Source: Heptranchias perlo (Eukaryota). Taken from it: a stretch of DNA of 64,000 nt. Both the position numbers and the translations under genes were made by a program. The stretch is taken from contig NW_027139666.1 of assembly GCF_035084215.1 (NCBI RefSeq), forward strand, positions 2,294,001 through 2,358,000. The letters run 5' to 3'. Shown piece after piece: positions 24,130 to 40,250 of this stretch (positions within the stretch are counted from its first letter, which is position 1; every line of letters starts with the position of its first letter). A model generated the notes under the pieces. That model saw only the letters and a program-made list of their open reading frames with translations. It did not search any database and was not told the origin of the DNA.

Positions 24130-27100
24130 TTAAATACTCGATGAATAACTGTATATAATTTAAAGTATTAAATCTACAGTTTCAAAAAAGATACTGTAAA
24201 CTGAAATAAGAACACCGAATGAATCCAGACTTGCACATTGTCTCAGAGACTGAATTACAGAATGAATCCCACACTGAGATAAAGTAGCAGAGAATGGCAG
24301 ATACAGAATGAATCCCACACACACAGATAGCACCAGAGACTGACAGATACAGAATGAATCCATCACTTATATGTAATACCCCTGAGACTGAGAGATGCAG
24401 AATATACCCCATGCTCACACTCAGTACCAGAGACTGACAGATATAGAATGAATCCTACACTCACATACAGTATCCGGAACAGAATGAATCTCACTCGCGC
24501 ACAGTACCAGGGACTGACAGATACAGAATGAATCTCTCACTCAAAAAGTACCAGAGACTGACGGATACAGAATGAATGTCACAGTCACATTACTGCAGAC
24601 TGAGTTACACTTTACAGACCAGTCCAAAGATCTCATAGTATCAGCTTGAAAGATAAAGTATAAATTCCATTAGTGCAGACTGAGCTACATATTAGATATA
24701 TTGGTAAATACTCAGTATTATACAGATATAAATATTATAAATACCATTGGTGCAGACTGAGCTACACATTACATACGAGTCCAAAAATCACATAAATGAT
24801 CAGACTGAAAGATATAGTTTAAATTCTTTTAGCACCGCCTGAGCTAAACATTATATAACAGTCCAACAATCTCATACAATGTTAGACTGAAAGGTACAGT
24901 ATCGATTTCATTAGTGCAGACTGAGCCACACATTATATAGCAATCCAAGAATCTCATACCTTATCAGACTCAAAGACATAATATCAATTCCTTTAGCACA
25001 GACTGAACTACATGTTACTCACCAGTCCAAAAACTTCATACAGTATAAGACTGATAGATACAGTATCAATTCCTTTAGTGCAGGATGAGCTACATATTAC
25101 ATATCGTGTCCAAAAATCACATGTCGTGTTAGACTCAGATACAGAATTAATCCCATTATTGCAGACTGAGCTACTCATTACATACCAGTCCAATAATTTC
25201 ACCGGGAACAGATTGAAACGTACATTATCATTCACAATACAGTTCAGAGATTAAGATATAATACTGCTCCAAAACTCTCACACATTGTTTGAATAAAGAA
25301 AATCGAAAAATGTATCCATATTAACAACGTAAATAATCGACGAAGAACTATATATAATTTAAAGCATTAAAGATACAGTTTCAAATACGATACTGTAAAC
25401 TGAAATAAGAATACAGAATGAATCCAGACTTGCACATTGTCTCAGAGACTGAATTACAGAATGAATCCCACACTGAGATAAAGTAGCAGAGAATGGCAGA
25501 TACAGAATGAATCCCACACACACAGACAGCACCAGAGACTGACAGATACAGAATGAATCCATCACTTATATGTAATACCCCTGAGACTGAGAGATGCAGA
25601 ATATACCCCATGCTCACACTCAGTACCAGAGACTGATAGATATAGAATGAATCCTACACTCACATACAGTATCCGGAACAGAATGAATCTCACTCGCGCA
25701 CAGTACCAGGGACTGACAGATACAGAATGAATCTCTCACTCAAAAAGTACCAGAGACTGACGGATACAGAATGAATGTCACAGTCACATTACTGCAGACT
25801 GAGTTACACTTTACAGACCAGTCCAAAGATCTCATAGTATCAGATTGAAAGATAAAGTATAAATTCCATTAGTGCAGACTGAGCTACATATTAGATATAT
25901 TGGTAAATACTCAGTATTATACAGATATAAATATTATCAATACCATTGGTGCAGACTGAGCTACACATTACATACGAGTCCAAAAATCACATAAATGATC
26001 AGACTGAAAGATATAGTTTAAATTCTTTTAGCACCGCCTGAGCTAAACATTATATAACAGTCCAACAATCTCATACAATGTTAGACTGAAAGGTACAGTA
26101 TCGATTTCATTAGTGCAGACTGAGCCACACATTATATAGCAATCCAAGAATCTCATACCTTATCAGACTCAAAGACATAATATCAATTCCTTTAGCACAG
26201 ACTGAACTACATGTTACTCACCAGTCCAAAAACTTCATACAGTATAAGACTGATAGATACAGTATCAATTCCTTTAGTGCAGGATGAGCTACATATTACA
26301 TATCGTGTCCAAAAATCACATGTCGTGTTAGACTCAGATACAGAATTAATCCCATTATTGCAGACTGAGCTACTCATTACATACCAGTCCAATAATTTCA
26401 CCGGGAACAGATTGAAACGTACATTATCATTCACAATACAGTTCAGAGATTAAGATATAATACTGCTCCAAAACTCTCACACATTGTTTGAATAAAGAAA
26501 ATCGAAAAATGTATCCATATTAACAACGTAAATAATCGACGAAGAACTATATATAATTTAAAGCATTAAAGATACAGTTTCAAATACGATACTGTAAACT
26601 GAAATAAGAATACAGAATGAATCCAGACTTGCACATTGTCTCAGAGACTGAATTACAGAATGAATCCCACACTGAGATAAAGTAGCAGAGAATGGCAGAT
26701 ACAGAATGAATCCCACACACACAGATAGCACCAGAGACTGACAGATACAGAATTAATCCATCACTTATTTGTAATACCCCTGAGACTGAGAGATGCAGAA
26801 TATACCCCATGCTCACACTCAGTACCAGAGACTGACAGATATAGAATGAATCCTACACTCACATACAGTATCCGGAACAGAATGAATCTCACTCGCGCAC
26901 AGTACCAGGGACTGACAGATACAGAATGAATCTCTCACTCAAAAAGTACCAGAGACTGACGGATACAGAATGAATGTCACAGTCACATTACTGCAGACTG
27001 AGTTACACTTTACAGACCAGTCCAAAGATCTCATAGTATCAGATTGAAAGATAAAGTATAAATTCCATTAGTGCAGACTGAGCTACATATTAGATATATT

Positions 27101-27950
27101 GGTAAATACTCAGTATTATACAGATATAAATATTATAAATACCATTGGTGCAGACTGAGCTACACATTACATACGAGTCCAAAAATCACATAAATGATCA
27201 GACTGAAAGATATAGTTTAAATTCTTTTAGCACCGCCTGAGCTAAACATTATATAACAGTCCAACAATCTCATACAATGTTAGACTGAAAGGTACAGTAT
27301 CGATTTCATTAGTGCAGACTGAGCCACACATTATATAGCAATCCAAGAATCTCATACCTTATCAGACTCAAAGACATAATTTCAATTCCATTAGCACAGA
27401 CTGAACTACATGTTACTCACCAGTCCAAAAACTTCATACAGTATAAGACTGATAGATACAGTATCAATTCCTTTAGTGCAGGATGAGCTACATATTACAT
27501 ATCGTGTCCAAAAATCACATGTCGTGTTAGACTCAGATACAGAATTAATCCCATTATTGCAGACTGAGTACTCATTACATACCAGTCCAATAATTTCACC
27601 GGGAACAGATTGAAACGTACATTATCATTCACAATACAGTTCAGAGATTAAGATATAATACTGCTCCAAAACTCTCACACATTGTTTGAATAAAGAAAAT
27701 CGAAAAATGTATCCATATTAACAACGTAAATAATCGACGAAGAACTATATATAATTTAAAGCATTAAAGATACAGTTTCAAATACGATACTGTAAACTGA
27801 AATAAGAATACAGAATGAATCCAGACTTGCACATTGTCTCAGAGACTGAATGACAGAATGAATCCCACACTGAGATAAAGTAGCAGAGAATGGCAGATAC
27901 AGAATGAATCCCACACTCACATACAGCACCAGAAAATGACAGATACAGAA
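24130..27950 (+). repeat. 1199-bp higher-order tandem repeat, ~3.2 near-identical copies
   Basis: tatccggaac at 24471, 25670, 26869; matching ORFs at 25012, 26211, 27410. Confidence 0.95.
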
Positions 27951-28559
27951 ATAATCCCACACTCACATAAAGTACCAGAGACTGACAGATACAGAATGAA
28001 TCCATCACTTATATATAGTACCTGAGACTGAAAGATGCAGAACATACCCCATGCTCACACTCAGTACCAGAGATTGACAGATACTGAATGAATCCCAAAC
28101 TCACGCACAGTACCAGAGACTGACAATGACAGAATCAACCCCACTCTCATGTACAGTGCTAGAGATGACATCTACTGGCCGTAAGCGAGTACTGTAATGA
28201 GGGAACAAATTCACATTATCTGTCGTGGTCACAGAAACAGGATAATGTGCAATGTGATGGAAGTTTCGGTCTGCAACTTTTACTCTCGTATTTTTGCACT
28301 TTTTGACGGTGAAAAATGAAGACAATTGATTCATAATAAAGTTTTTGTTTCACTCATTCGATAGTTGTGAATTTACCCCATTGTATTTCGCTTTACATTG
28401 CGAAGTATTTCTCGCTGATATCTCAGGATGATTTACATTGCTCCTCTACCCCATTTAGACTCTTATTTTCCATGCAGTATGTGGCCTCCTTATTCCCCCG
28501 AGCGAAATGCACCACCTCACACTTTTCTATATTGAAATTCAATGGCCATTTGCACGGCC

Positions 28560-28895
28560 GTTCTGCAAGTTTATTTTGTCCCAGTCTTCCTCAATATTGA
28601 CTATACGCCCTAAATCGATTACAAGAATTTAACACAGCATTACAAGTAGTTTTTGGTCCAAAAAAAATGTACTTGCAGCTCGTCTCCATTTTTTCTAAAT
28701 CCCACTCGTGCAATATAATGTGAAGAATGAGTTTATCTTCTGTCCCTCTCTCATCTGCAAACTTCAATGTACCGGGGTTTGGGGACATCTACTGGCCGAA
28801 AGCAGAACTGCAACAGTTCGGAACAAATTGCTGAAACCGGACAATGTGCAGTGTGAGCGTGTTTGTGATTGGTGGCAGGTACTAAATCTGATTTT
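28560..28895 (+). other. Orphan H2B upstream region, truncated before the core promoter; histone genes of this unit deleted
   Basis: Matches ~2770-3057, then switches to the homologue of ~11490. Confidence 0.8.
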
Positions 28896-29949
28896 TTAAA
28901 CCTGCCCATTAACCTTTAGTGTTTGTTATTGAACAGTAAACAGAGCCGGACAGTAAGGATATGGGGAGTTATACAAAGAGCATCTATTGCAGGCATCAGG
29001 TGAGAAGTGTGAAGGTCACATTTTAAACAGCGGCTGTTTTGTTTCGGTTGAACAGTTAGTCCCATGAGAAAGGGGAGTAGAAATCTGAAATGTACAAAGG
29101 CTCCTGCCCAATCGGGTAGACCCATTCATGGATCAGTGCAGGGGTTGGGTTGTGTCTGGATGTCACTAAATTGTAAAATTGCCCAACACACCTGGTGTGC
29201 AGAAGCTGAGTGCTGCAGTACTGCAGTGGAATCAGACACTGACACTGTTTGTATCGCTGTTTTTCCTTTGTGGATATTACAATGATTATTAACAGAGAGA
29301 TTCAATTGATCACTTTTGGTTTTTTCTACCTCACCTGTTCTTGAGTTACAAGAGACAGTTTTTTTTCCATCAGTCAATTCGTTGAAGGACCCAGAATCAG
29401 TGTGATGTTTACTCCACCCGAGGCACAAGGAGCAGTCAGTGCAGCCAGCTCCTTCTCACACACAGTATGTACATTAACACTCAGAGCATAGAGACACAGA
29501 CAGGTCATCAGTTCCACATTCTCAGATAGCAGAAATGGTCAATACCACACTGATCCCAATCCAACAGTCAAACAGAGCAGGAGAGACAGACGGAATTTCT
29601 ATTTCACAATGACTCAGTACCGCTGACTGGCAAATAAATAATTCCCAGTCCAAAATCACACCCAGTTTCAGATTGAAAGGCACTGTTTCAATTCTCACAT
29701 TATTTCAGCCTTAGCTACAAATTAAATACCAGATAGAACTGACACATGGTACTGATTGATAGATACAGAGTGAATAACAATAGTGTACTCCAAGATTAAA
29801 ATTAAATACCAGCCCTCAATTCACACACATTTTGAGTTTAAAGGTGCAGTATTCATGCCAATAGTGCACCCTGAGATACAAATTAGATACCAATTCAGAT
29901 GTTACCCATATTTGACTCACATATATGTTCAAAAACCTCATGGTGTCAG

Positions 29950-31240
29950 AATGAAATGTACAGTTTTAATTCCTTTACTGCAGATTGAGGTACACGTTAG
30001 ATACCAGTCCAAAATTCTCATACAGTATAAAACTGAAAGATATAGTATTGATTTGATTAGTACAGACTGACGTACACATTACATACCAGTACAAAAATCT
30101 CTCACAGTATGAGACTGAAAGATGCAGCATCATCCCATTAGTGCAGATTGAGCTACACATTATATACCCGTCCAAAAATCACATTCAGGGTCAAACTGAA
30201 AGGCACAGTATGAATTCCATTACAGCAGACTGAGCTACACATTATATACCAGTTCAAAAAACAGATTCAGGGTCATGCCGAATGATGCAGTATCAATCCC
30301 ATTAGTGCAGAATGAGTTACACATTACACACCAGTCTAAATATATTCCGCAGCATCAGACTGAAAGATACAGTATCAATTCCATTATTGCAGACTGAGCT
30401 ACACATTATATACAGTCCAAAATTCGCATGCAGTGTCGTACTGAAATATACAGTATGAATCCTATTAGTGTGGACTAAGCCACACATTACAAACCAGTCC
30501 AAAAATCTCTCTCAGTGTCTGACTGAAAGCTAGAGTGTCAATTCCATTCGTACAGACTGAACTACACATTACATATCAGTCCAAAAATCACTTCAAGCTC
30601 ATGCTGAAATGTACAGCATCAATTTCATTAGTGTTGACTGAACCACACATTGCATACTAGAACAAAAAAAATCACAGTGTCAGATTGACAGAAAACGTAT
30701 CAATTCCATCAATGCTGAATGAGCTACAAATTACAAACAACCCATAAATCTCATACAGTGTCAGACTGAGCTACACATTACCTACCAGTCCAAAAATCAC
30801 ATTCTTGGCCATGCTGAAAGATACAGTATCAATCCCATTTGTGCAGACTGAGCTACACCTTACACACCAGTCTAAATATATTACACAGTAGCAGACTAAA
30901 AGGTACAGCATCAATTCCATTAGTGCAGACTAAGCGACACATTACATACCGGTCCAAAAACCTCACACGGTATCGGACTGAAAGATACAGTATCATTCTT
31001 ATTATAGCTGATTGAGCCCCAGTATCAATTTGATTTGTACAGACTGAGCTACACATTCCATACCAGTTCAAAAACCTCATACTTCATCTTTAATTCTGTT
31101 ACTGTATCAATTCCATTATAGCTGACTGAGCTACACCTTACAGACTAATCTAAATATATTACACAGAATCAGACTGAAAGATAGAGTATCAATTCCATTT
31201 GCGCAGACTGAGCTGCACAAGAAATACCAGTCCAATAATT
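29950..31240 (+). repeat. ~82-bp satellite array
   Basis: ~15 degenerate tandem units. Confidence 0.8.
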
Positions 31241-34112
31241 TCACAGTAAAAGATGAAATGTAAATTATCATTTACAAAAGTCTTCAGAGATTAAAGTGTA
31301 ATCCTACACCAAAACTCACACACATTGTTTGATTAAAACAAAATCCAAAAGTGTATCCATAATTATAAATTAATGCTGGACAAAAGATTGTGCATCCATT
31401 AATGAATTAAACATACAGTTTCAAGCAATATACTGTAACATGAAATAAGAATACAGAACGAATCCAGACTTTCACTTTGTCCCAGAGACGGAGTTACACA
31501 ATGAATCCCACACTCACACGCAGTATCAGAGACTGACAAGAATAGAATGAATCCTACATTCACATAAAGCACCAGAGACTGACAGATAAAGAATAAATCC
31601 CACAAACACACATACACACACACAGTACCGGAGACTGACAGACACAGAATGAATCTCACACTCACATACAGTCTGACATCTACTGGCTGTAAGGGAGAAC
31701 TGTAACAGAGTGGAACAAATTCACATCATCTGTCGTTGATACAGATTCAGGACAATGTGCAATCGGAGGAAATAGTTTCTCTCTGTAACTTCTGCTCTCG
31801 TATTTTTTCATATTTTGTCAGTGAAAATGAAGACAATTGATTCATAATAAAGTTCTTGTTTTGCTCATTCGAAAGTTGCCCCATTATATTTCACTCTACA
31901 TTGCGCAATATTTCTGTCTGATTTCTCAGGACACGATTTATATTAATTCAAATAAACCGAACTGAAACACAAATAAAAACTGAGCGCAAATCTGGAAGTT
32001 CCAATGACCGTCAAAAGTGAAAGGGATAAAACATAGAAAAAATTAAAACCGAAAATGCTGGAAAGACTCAGCAGGTCCGGCAGCATCTGTGGAGCAGGGA
32101 AGCTCGGGTTAACGGTTCAGGTCAATGACCCTTCTATAGATCAGAAAGGTTAATCCGACATAATTTAAATAAGGAACTGGAATCTGCAGAGGGAAAAACT
32201 TCAGGAAATCAATTAATTTCACTGAATCCGGGCAATTGTGTCCTGTATCCACTGTACAGATCAGGAGAAATAATAATACAAAGGAACAAAGTTAAATTCA
32301 ACGTTATGGGGGAAATAAATGAATATTTAAAATATTTTTTAAATATAAATTAGACCCGTTTGTGTTTTGGAAACACGATCCCTCTGAACATCATCACATT
32401 TGATTCCAGTCTTGGTGTTTCTGAATTCAGCGTGCTGGGATTCAAACCTGTTGGAATTAACTGTTTGGAAGGCAGCTATACTCACCATTATAGCGCCTTA
32501 TTTCACGAGGAGAGAGAAGTAGAGTGTTTCTATGGAGTTTCACACTGAATTGCGCCCTTTGGGTTTTTGGTACTTGAATCACAGACAATAAATAGTTCCC
32601 AAACATCAGCCCCTGAACAGACACAACAAGCTGGTGGAATTTCTCATTCATAGATATTAAATAAGAGGATGACAAAAGCAAATAGGAAGAGGTTAGGAAG
32701 AAGTCACAAAAACAATTACAGAAGAAAACAGGAACCACGAAATCAAATTATCAAGGTATATGAAAAGAAATAATAAATTATTCTACAGATACAAAAATAA
32801 CAAAATGAAAATCAGAATAGTTTGAGTGCCACTGAGGGATGCACAAGATAAACTCACAGGTAAGTTCAGCGAAATAGCAGAAATATTGAATTATTACTTT
32901 GCTCAGTATTTACCCGGGAGATTAACAGGGTGAACATGATATTAAAGGAAGAGGTCAATAAAGATATCAAGACATTTAAGTTAGAAAGGGTGGTTAAACT
33001 GGTCCTGATGGATTGTATCCGTGCATATTAAATGTAGCAAGGGAAGAGATAGCAGAGGCACTGTTACATATATAGACAAAATCATCACAAAGTGGAATAG
33101 TGCCAAAGGACTGGATGACAGCTAATGGGATTGTTATATTTTAAAACAGGAGATAGAACAAGTGCAGGGAACTATAGACCAGTTAACGAAAGGTCGGTGG
33201 TGGGGATGATCATGGAATCCTTTACTCAATGATGCAGTAGATAAACATCTAGAAACCGAAAATATAATAAGGAATAGTCAGCACGGATTTCAGAAAGGGA
33301 AGGTTTAATAGTTTGACAGAAGGTTTGACAGTTTAAATTACAGTTGAACAGAACTTATCTCCTTTTCAATTCTGTTCCTTTAGAAATAAACCTCTGTGTT
33401 TGTTTTCTATGACATTCTCAACCTGAGTTGCTACTTTAATGATTTGTCAATCTGTACCCCTAAATCCCTTTGCTCTTCGACCCCATTTAGACTCTTGTTT
33501 TCCAAGCAGTATGTGGCCTCCTTATTCCCCCGAGCAAAATGCACCACGTCACAACTTTCTATATGGAAATTCAATGGCCATTTACACCGCCTTTCAGCAA
33601 GTTTATTAAAGTCTTCTTGAATTTTGTTACATTCTTCCTCAGAATAGGCTATACCCACTAAATAATTACAAGCATTTCACACGACATTACAACAAATGTT
33701 TGCTCCAACAAAATGTTCTCCATTCCCAGTTTCTCTGAATCCCACTCGTGCAATATAATGTGAAGAATGAGTTTATCTTCTGTCCCTCTCTCATCTGCAA
33801 ACTTCAATGTCAGGGGTTTGGGGACATCTACTGGCCGGAAGCAGAACTGCAACAGTTCGGAACAAATTGCTGAAACCGGACAATGTGCAGTGTGAGCGTG
33901 TTTGTGATTGGTGGCAGATACTGAATCTGATTGGATATCTGAAGAAACCTATCAGAGAGTGAAAGGAAAAGGTGACGTTTATCACTCCCAATGTCCCAAT
34001 CACAATCATTGCCTTCCACCATCCCTTATTAGCATAGGGTTGTGGGGCTGCCTATTTAATCCGAGCTCGGAGTGGATTTGTGTCATTTCTGGGTCTGAAA
34101 TTGAGTTTTGAG

Positions 34113-34528
<416 letters not shown>

Positions 34529-35496
34529 AACTCCACAATCAACTGAAAAAAAATAAACACAAAGGCTCTTTTAAGAGCCACCCACAGTCTCTCTGAAGAC
34601 GCTGTGCCGACCCCTCTGTATGGAATCATTTTACTGTAGATAGTTTGATAGTAACTGTCTCTCTATAACTCTTGTGCTTTTCTAATTTCTCTTGAAATCT
34701 GGAAGATTCTCATAATCACTGCCAGGTATAATAATCTATGTGTCGCTTTCTGTTTAGTTCCAATAACCAAAAACGTGTCCCTGATCCTCTCATTCCCGTT
34801 CATATTCCGCCCCTTCCCCCGCGTCTGCCCCTTCATAGCCGTCTTAAGGCGATGGATTAGACTTCATTTCTTTCTCCTTTTCACGTTTGTTTGTTCGTTA
34901 TTCGGGAATATCACTTTGAGAACCGCAATCCTTTGAAATGCAGCAACCCTGAAAGGGACGTCACACCGAGTACAGAAAAGTCGAAAGGCTCTGTCACTGT
35001 TCGACTTCTTACACCAGGAGTCTCGGCTCCGGTTTCGATCGCGCTGCAGCTCCTGTGAACAGGGATCAATCCACAATCTGTGGTTTGTTACTTTTACAAA
35101 GATTGAGCTGGAATCTGTCCCGTTACAAAATGTTACTTTACTCCCGCCAGATTGAAAGCGAACGGTGAATGGAGCCGGATTTTAAACGGATTGTAAAAGA
35201 TTCTGGAAGTTGTGACGGGAAATGTGCAATAACAGAGTAAAAGGAGAGAGATTTTTTAAACTTTGTCTTAAGGCGACATTATTTACTAAATCCGCTTCTT
35301 GTGTTACAAATATTTTGGCGGGCTTTTCAAATTTCAAAAAAACGGTTCAGTTCGGTATTTTCCGCCCTTTTCTCATTGCCGGCTATTGATTGGCGAATAA
35401 AACAGCTCTCTGATTGGGCTGTTCGCTAAACCAATGAGAGTGAAAACAGATTGACCAATTACAAGTGCCCCCATTTTATACCTCCAGAAGGTATAA

Positions 35497-35946
<450 letters not shown>

Positions 35947-35977
35947 ATCGGCCAAGATTTAATCTGATCAACCCAAA

Positions 35978-35993
35978 GGCTCTTTTCAGAGCC
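35978..35993 (+). terminator. Histone 3' stem-loop (H2A copy 2)
   Basis: GGCTCTTTTCAGAGCC-ACCCA. Confidence 0.95.
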
Positions 35994-36089
35994 ACCCACT
36001 GTATCTGTGAAAGGGCTGGTTACTGTCTGAAGAGACTGACCTATTGATCACAGTTGACCCCGGTCTACGTTGATATATTACATCACTAT

Positions 36090-36445
36090 AGCGGTTGAAG
36101 GAATGGGAGCCAATGTAAGTCACCGAACACAAGGGTGACAGGTGAACGGGAGTTGGAGGGAGTTAGAATAGGGCAACGGAGATTTGTAGGAGTTCATGTT
36201 TACAGAGCGTGGAAGATCGGAGGCTGACCAGGAGAGCATTGGAATAGCAAAGTCTGGAGGTAACAAGGGAATGGATGAGTGTTTCAGCACCAGATCAGCT
36301 GAGGCAGGGGCGGAGACGCGCGATGTTTCAAAGGTGGAATTAGGTCTTGGTGATGGAGCGGATATGTGGTCGGATGCTCATCTCAGGGTCAGATAGGACA
36401 CAAAGGTTGCGAACGGTCATATTCCGGCTCACACAGTGGCCAGGG
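36090..36445 (-). mobile_element. L2/CR1-clade LINE RT C-terminal fragment
   Basis: Minus strand AETLIHSLVTSRLCYSNALL, compare the family motif AETLIHAFVTSRLDYSNALL. Confidence 0.7.
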
Positions 36446-36449
36446 TCAA

Positions 36450-37140
36450 GTCTCTGTCCATCCCGGTCCCTGAATCGATCCAGTCCCCAAACAGGACCTG
36501 GGTCTGTCCATCCCGACCACTGAATCTATCCAGTCCCCACACAGGACCTGGGTATGTCCATCCCGGTCCCTGAATCTATCCAATTTCACACTGACTCCAG
36601 CTCTAATTCAATTCATAATAGCCACACATGACCAATCTCCATCCATTCCGGTCCCTGAATCTATCCAGTCCCCAATGACCTCAGCTCTAATTAAACTCAT
36701 TTTACCCACACAGGAACTGTCTCTGTCCATCCCGGTCCCTGAATATATGCAGTCCACACACAGGAACTGGGTCTGTCCATCCAATACCTGAATCTATCCA
36801 GTCCACACACAGGACCTGGGTCTGTCCATCCAATACCTGAATCTATCCAGTCCACACACAGGACCTGGGTCTGTCCATCCAATATCTGAATCTATCCAGT
36901 CCCCACACAAGACCTGGGTCTGTCCATCCTGGTCCCTGAATCCATGCAGTCCCCATACAGGACCTGGGTCTGTCCATTCCGTTCCCTGATTCTGTCCAGT
37001 TCCCAATGACTTCAGCTCCAATAAACGCATTGTACCCACACAGTAACTGTCTCTGTCCATCCCAGGACCTGAATCTACCCAGTCCCCACACAGGATCATT
37101 CTCCATTCATCCCAGTGCCTGATTCTATCCAGTCCCATAC
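36450..37140 (+). repeat. ~49-50-bp minisatellite (caggacctgggtctgtccatcccggtccctgaatctatccagtccccaca)
   Basis: ~12 visible units. Confidence 0.9.
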
Positions 37141-37662
37141 TGACCCAAGCACGGAAAGGTACAGATTGCCTTCCACACCGATTGATGTTTATTAAACTAT
37201 TGGGCGCCTCCTGTCAGCTACAAATCTGAAACTAAAACTATCCCTCTTCCAACGTTTCCGTAGCGGCATTGATTGATTTTATTATGAAAGTGATTGTGTT
37301 GGAACTGCAGTGTGCCTCATTTATTGAATTTAAATGATATATTCCGCCTTTTTTTCTGGAAACCCTTGAATATCATGCCGGAGTCTGTAAGGATTGTCTC
37401 TGAATTTGTATTTCCTATTTGATGCTGGTGAAAATTTTATAAAGGACGGTAACTAATTCCTGGAGGCGGAGCTTGAAGTTGCACGTCCGCTTGTCCGTCA
37501 TTCTGAGCCAGTCTCCTCCTCTCCCGCACTTCATGCTCTGTCTTTCATTCAAACACTCTTCCCCGGACTCTCCGATAATGTGCATTTCTCAACCAGGTCG
37601 GGGCGGGCTTTATAAATGCAGAAGAAAGGCGAGAGTCTTTCATTCAGCAGCGATCTGAGTGA

Positions 37663-37983
<321 letters not shown>

Positions 37984-38018
37984 ACAACTCGACCCTTTCT
38001 AACCGGACACAAACCAAA

Positions 38019-38034
38019 GGCTCTTCTAAGAGCC
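38019..38034 (+). terminator. Histone 3' stem-loop (H4 copy 2)
   Basis: GGCTCTTCTAAGAGCC-ACCCA. Confidence 0.93.
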
Positions 38035-39324
38035 ACCCACCGCCTCACAGAGAGAGCACTGACCTGGGAACTGGTGCGGGGTTATATGGGGCTCGGGAAT
38101 AGTTTTACAATTAAAGAGTTTTCTGTGACACGCAGTACGGTGAGGTGGGATCGGCGGCGAGCTGCACCGGTTACTGAGAGGGAACTTTCCCTTATTGAAT
38201 GCACTGAATTGTCCAGGGAACGTTACAAGTGAGTTTACCCGGAGCTGAATTCCCCCCCCCCCCCCCCCACCTCGCTGAAATGTTCCTTCACTCCATTCGC
38301 TCTGTTTTGGTTCTATTTATCAGTCAGATGTTGTGATGTGGGACCGGGGGTTTCCATGGGAGAACAGGTTGAGCTGAGCCGCTGTGATAAGGGCCCAGCT
38401 TGTGATAAGGATTTTCCCTCTGACGGTTGTTTCTGACACTGATACTGAGAGGGTTTGTGAAATTGAACCGTTTGAGCTCAGTCATTGGGGACCTGGAATT
38501 ACCACAGGCCCAACTGGCAAACCCCGTTGTCAATAGAGGCTACTTCTCATTGGTTGCTTTGCTTGAAAACTAATTTCCTTAACCAATCGGAGAGACGACA
38601 ACAAGAAAACGGAGCAAATTGTTGGCCACAATTGACCGATTTTTTTAAATTTGAAAAAGGCCGCCAATTTCAGTGTATGAAATAAGTGAATTACTCGGCC
38701 ATGTCGTTTTTACACAAAGACTTAAAATCTCTTTGTAATAATGTTATTCCGTATTACACGTCCCAAATTCCGAGCGCTGTTTCAAAAACACATTGTCTAT
38801 AACTTGCGGAATATAATCCCAATCATAGATTGCTGATATGGACAAATTTCACTTCTACCTGTAAAAATAACAAACTGCAGGTTATCAATTGATTCCGTTG
38901 CAGGGACTGAACAGGAACCGTGTGTCCTGAAAACGGAATCATGGACGAAGCCTGAAAATGAGCCAATTCTTTTCTCCAATCGTTCATTCTGGATTGTTAC
39001 ACTGCGGGGAACGTGCTGCTAATATGCGGGATATTAAGATCAGTAATTAATTATTTCAGAGATTGGCTCCACAGTGAGAAAGAGGAAGGAACTAAATTCT
39101 GATTCATAGCCCTGAAAGTGGTGGTTCACGGGAAAACCGGGGGCGGTGTAAATCTGAATGAGAGCGAGAGCAAAGCAAAAGGGAATTGAACGGACCCCGG
39201 CCCCGTGTTCACTTTATTGGGCAGTAAATTCGACAGAGACAAACATTAAAATGGAGTAGTTTCACTGACTTTCTTTCAATTTATCCACCAGATTCAAAGG
39301 ATGATGACCGAGTAAAGCAGCAAC

Positions 39325-40250
39325 TCTGTATCTGTCAGTCTCTGGTCCCGTATGTGAGTCGGATTCATTCTGAATCTGTCAGTCTCTGGTACTGTATGTG
39401 AGTGTGGGATTCATTCTGTATCTATCAGTCTCTAGTACTGTTTGTGAGTGTGGGATTCATTCTGTATCTATCAGTCTCTAGTACTGTGTGTGAGTGTGGG
39501 ATTCATTCTGTATCTATCAGTCTCTAGTACTGTGTGTGAGTGTGGGATTCATTCTGTATCTATCAGTCTCTGGTACTGTGTGTGAGTGTGGGATTTTTCT
39601 GTATCTGTCAGTCTCCAGTACTGTGTGTGAGTGTGGGATTCATTCTGTATCTGTCAGTCTCGGGTACTGTGTGTGAGTGTGGGATTCATTCGAGATCTGT
39701 CAGTCTCTGGAACTGTGTGCGAGTGTGGGATTCATTCTGTATCTGTCAGTCTCTGGTACTGTGTGTGAGTGTGGGAATCATCCGGTATCTGTCAGTCTCT
39801 GGTACTATGTGTGAGTGTGGGATTCATTCTGTATCTGTCAGTCTCTGGTACTGTATTTGAATGTAGGATTCATTCTGTATCTGTCAGTCTCTTGGCCTGT
39901 GTGTGAGTGTGGGATTCATTCTGGATCTGTCCGTCTCCCGTACTGTGTGTGAGTGTGGGATTCATTCTGTATCTGTCAGTCTCTGGTACTGTATTTGAAT
40001 GTAGGATTCAATCTAAATCTGTCAGTCTCTTGTCCTGTGTGTGAGTGTGGGGTGCATTCTGTATTTGTAGTCTCTGGTACTGTGTGTGAATGTGGGATTC
40101 ATTCTGTATCTGTCAGTCTCTGGTACTGTGTGTGAGTGTGGGATTCACTCTGTATCTGTCAGTCTCCAGTACTGTATGTGAGTTTCGGATTCCTTCTGCA
40201 TGTCAGTCTCTGTATTGTATCTGAGTGTGAGATTCATTCTGTGTCTATAT
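39325..40250 (-). repeat. 46-bp satellite array, inverted orientation
   Basis: tgtgtgagtgtgggattcattctgtatctgtcagtctctggtactg, ~20 units. Confidence 0.9.

Noticed and set aside
38252-38268. Poly-C run
   Set aside because: Simple homopolymer of uncertain length; no further structure
39325-40250. Regularly spaced repeats resembling a CRISPR array
   Set aside because: Eukaryotic context, no unique spacers, no cas genes; a plain 46-bp satellite
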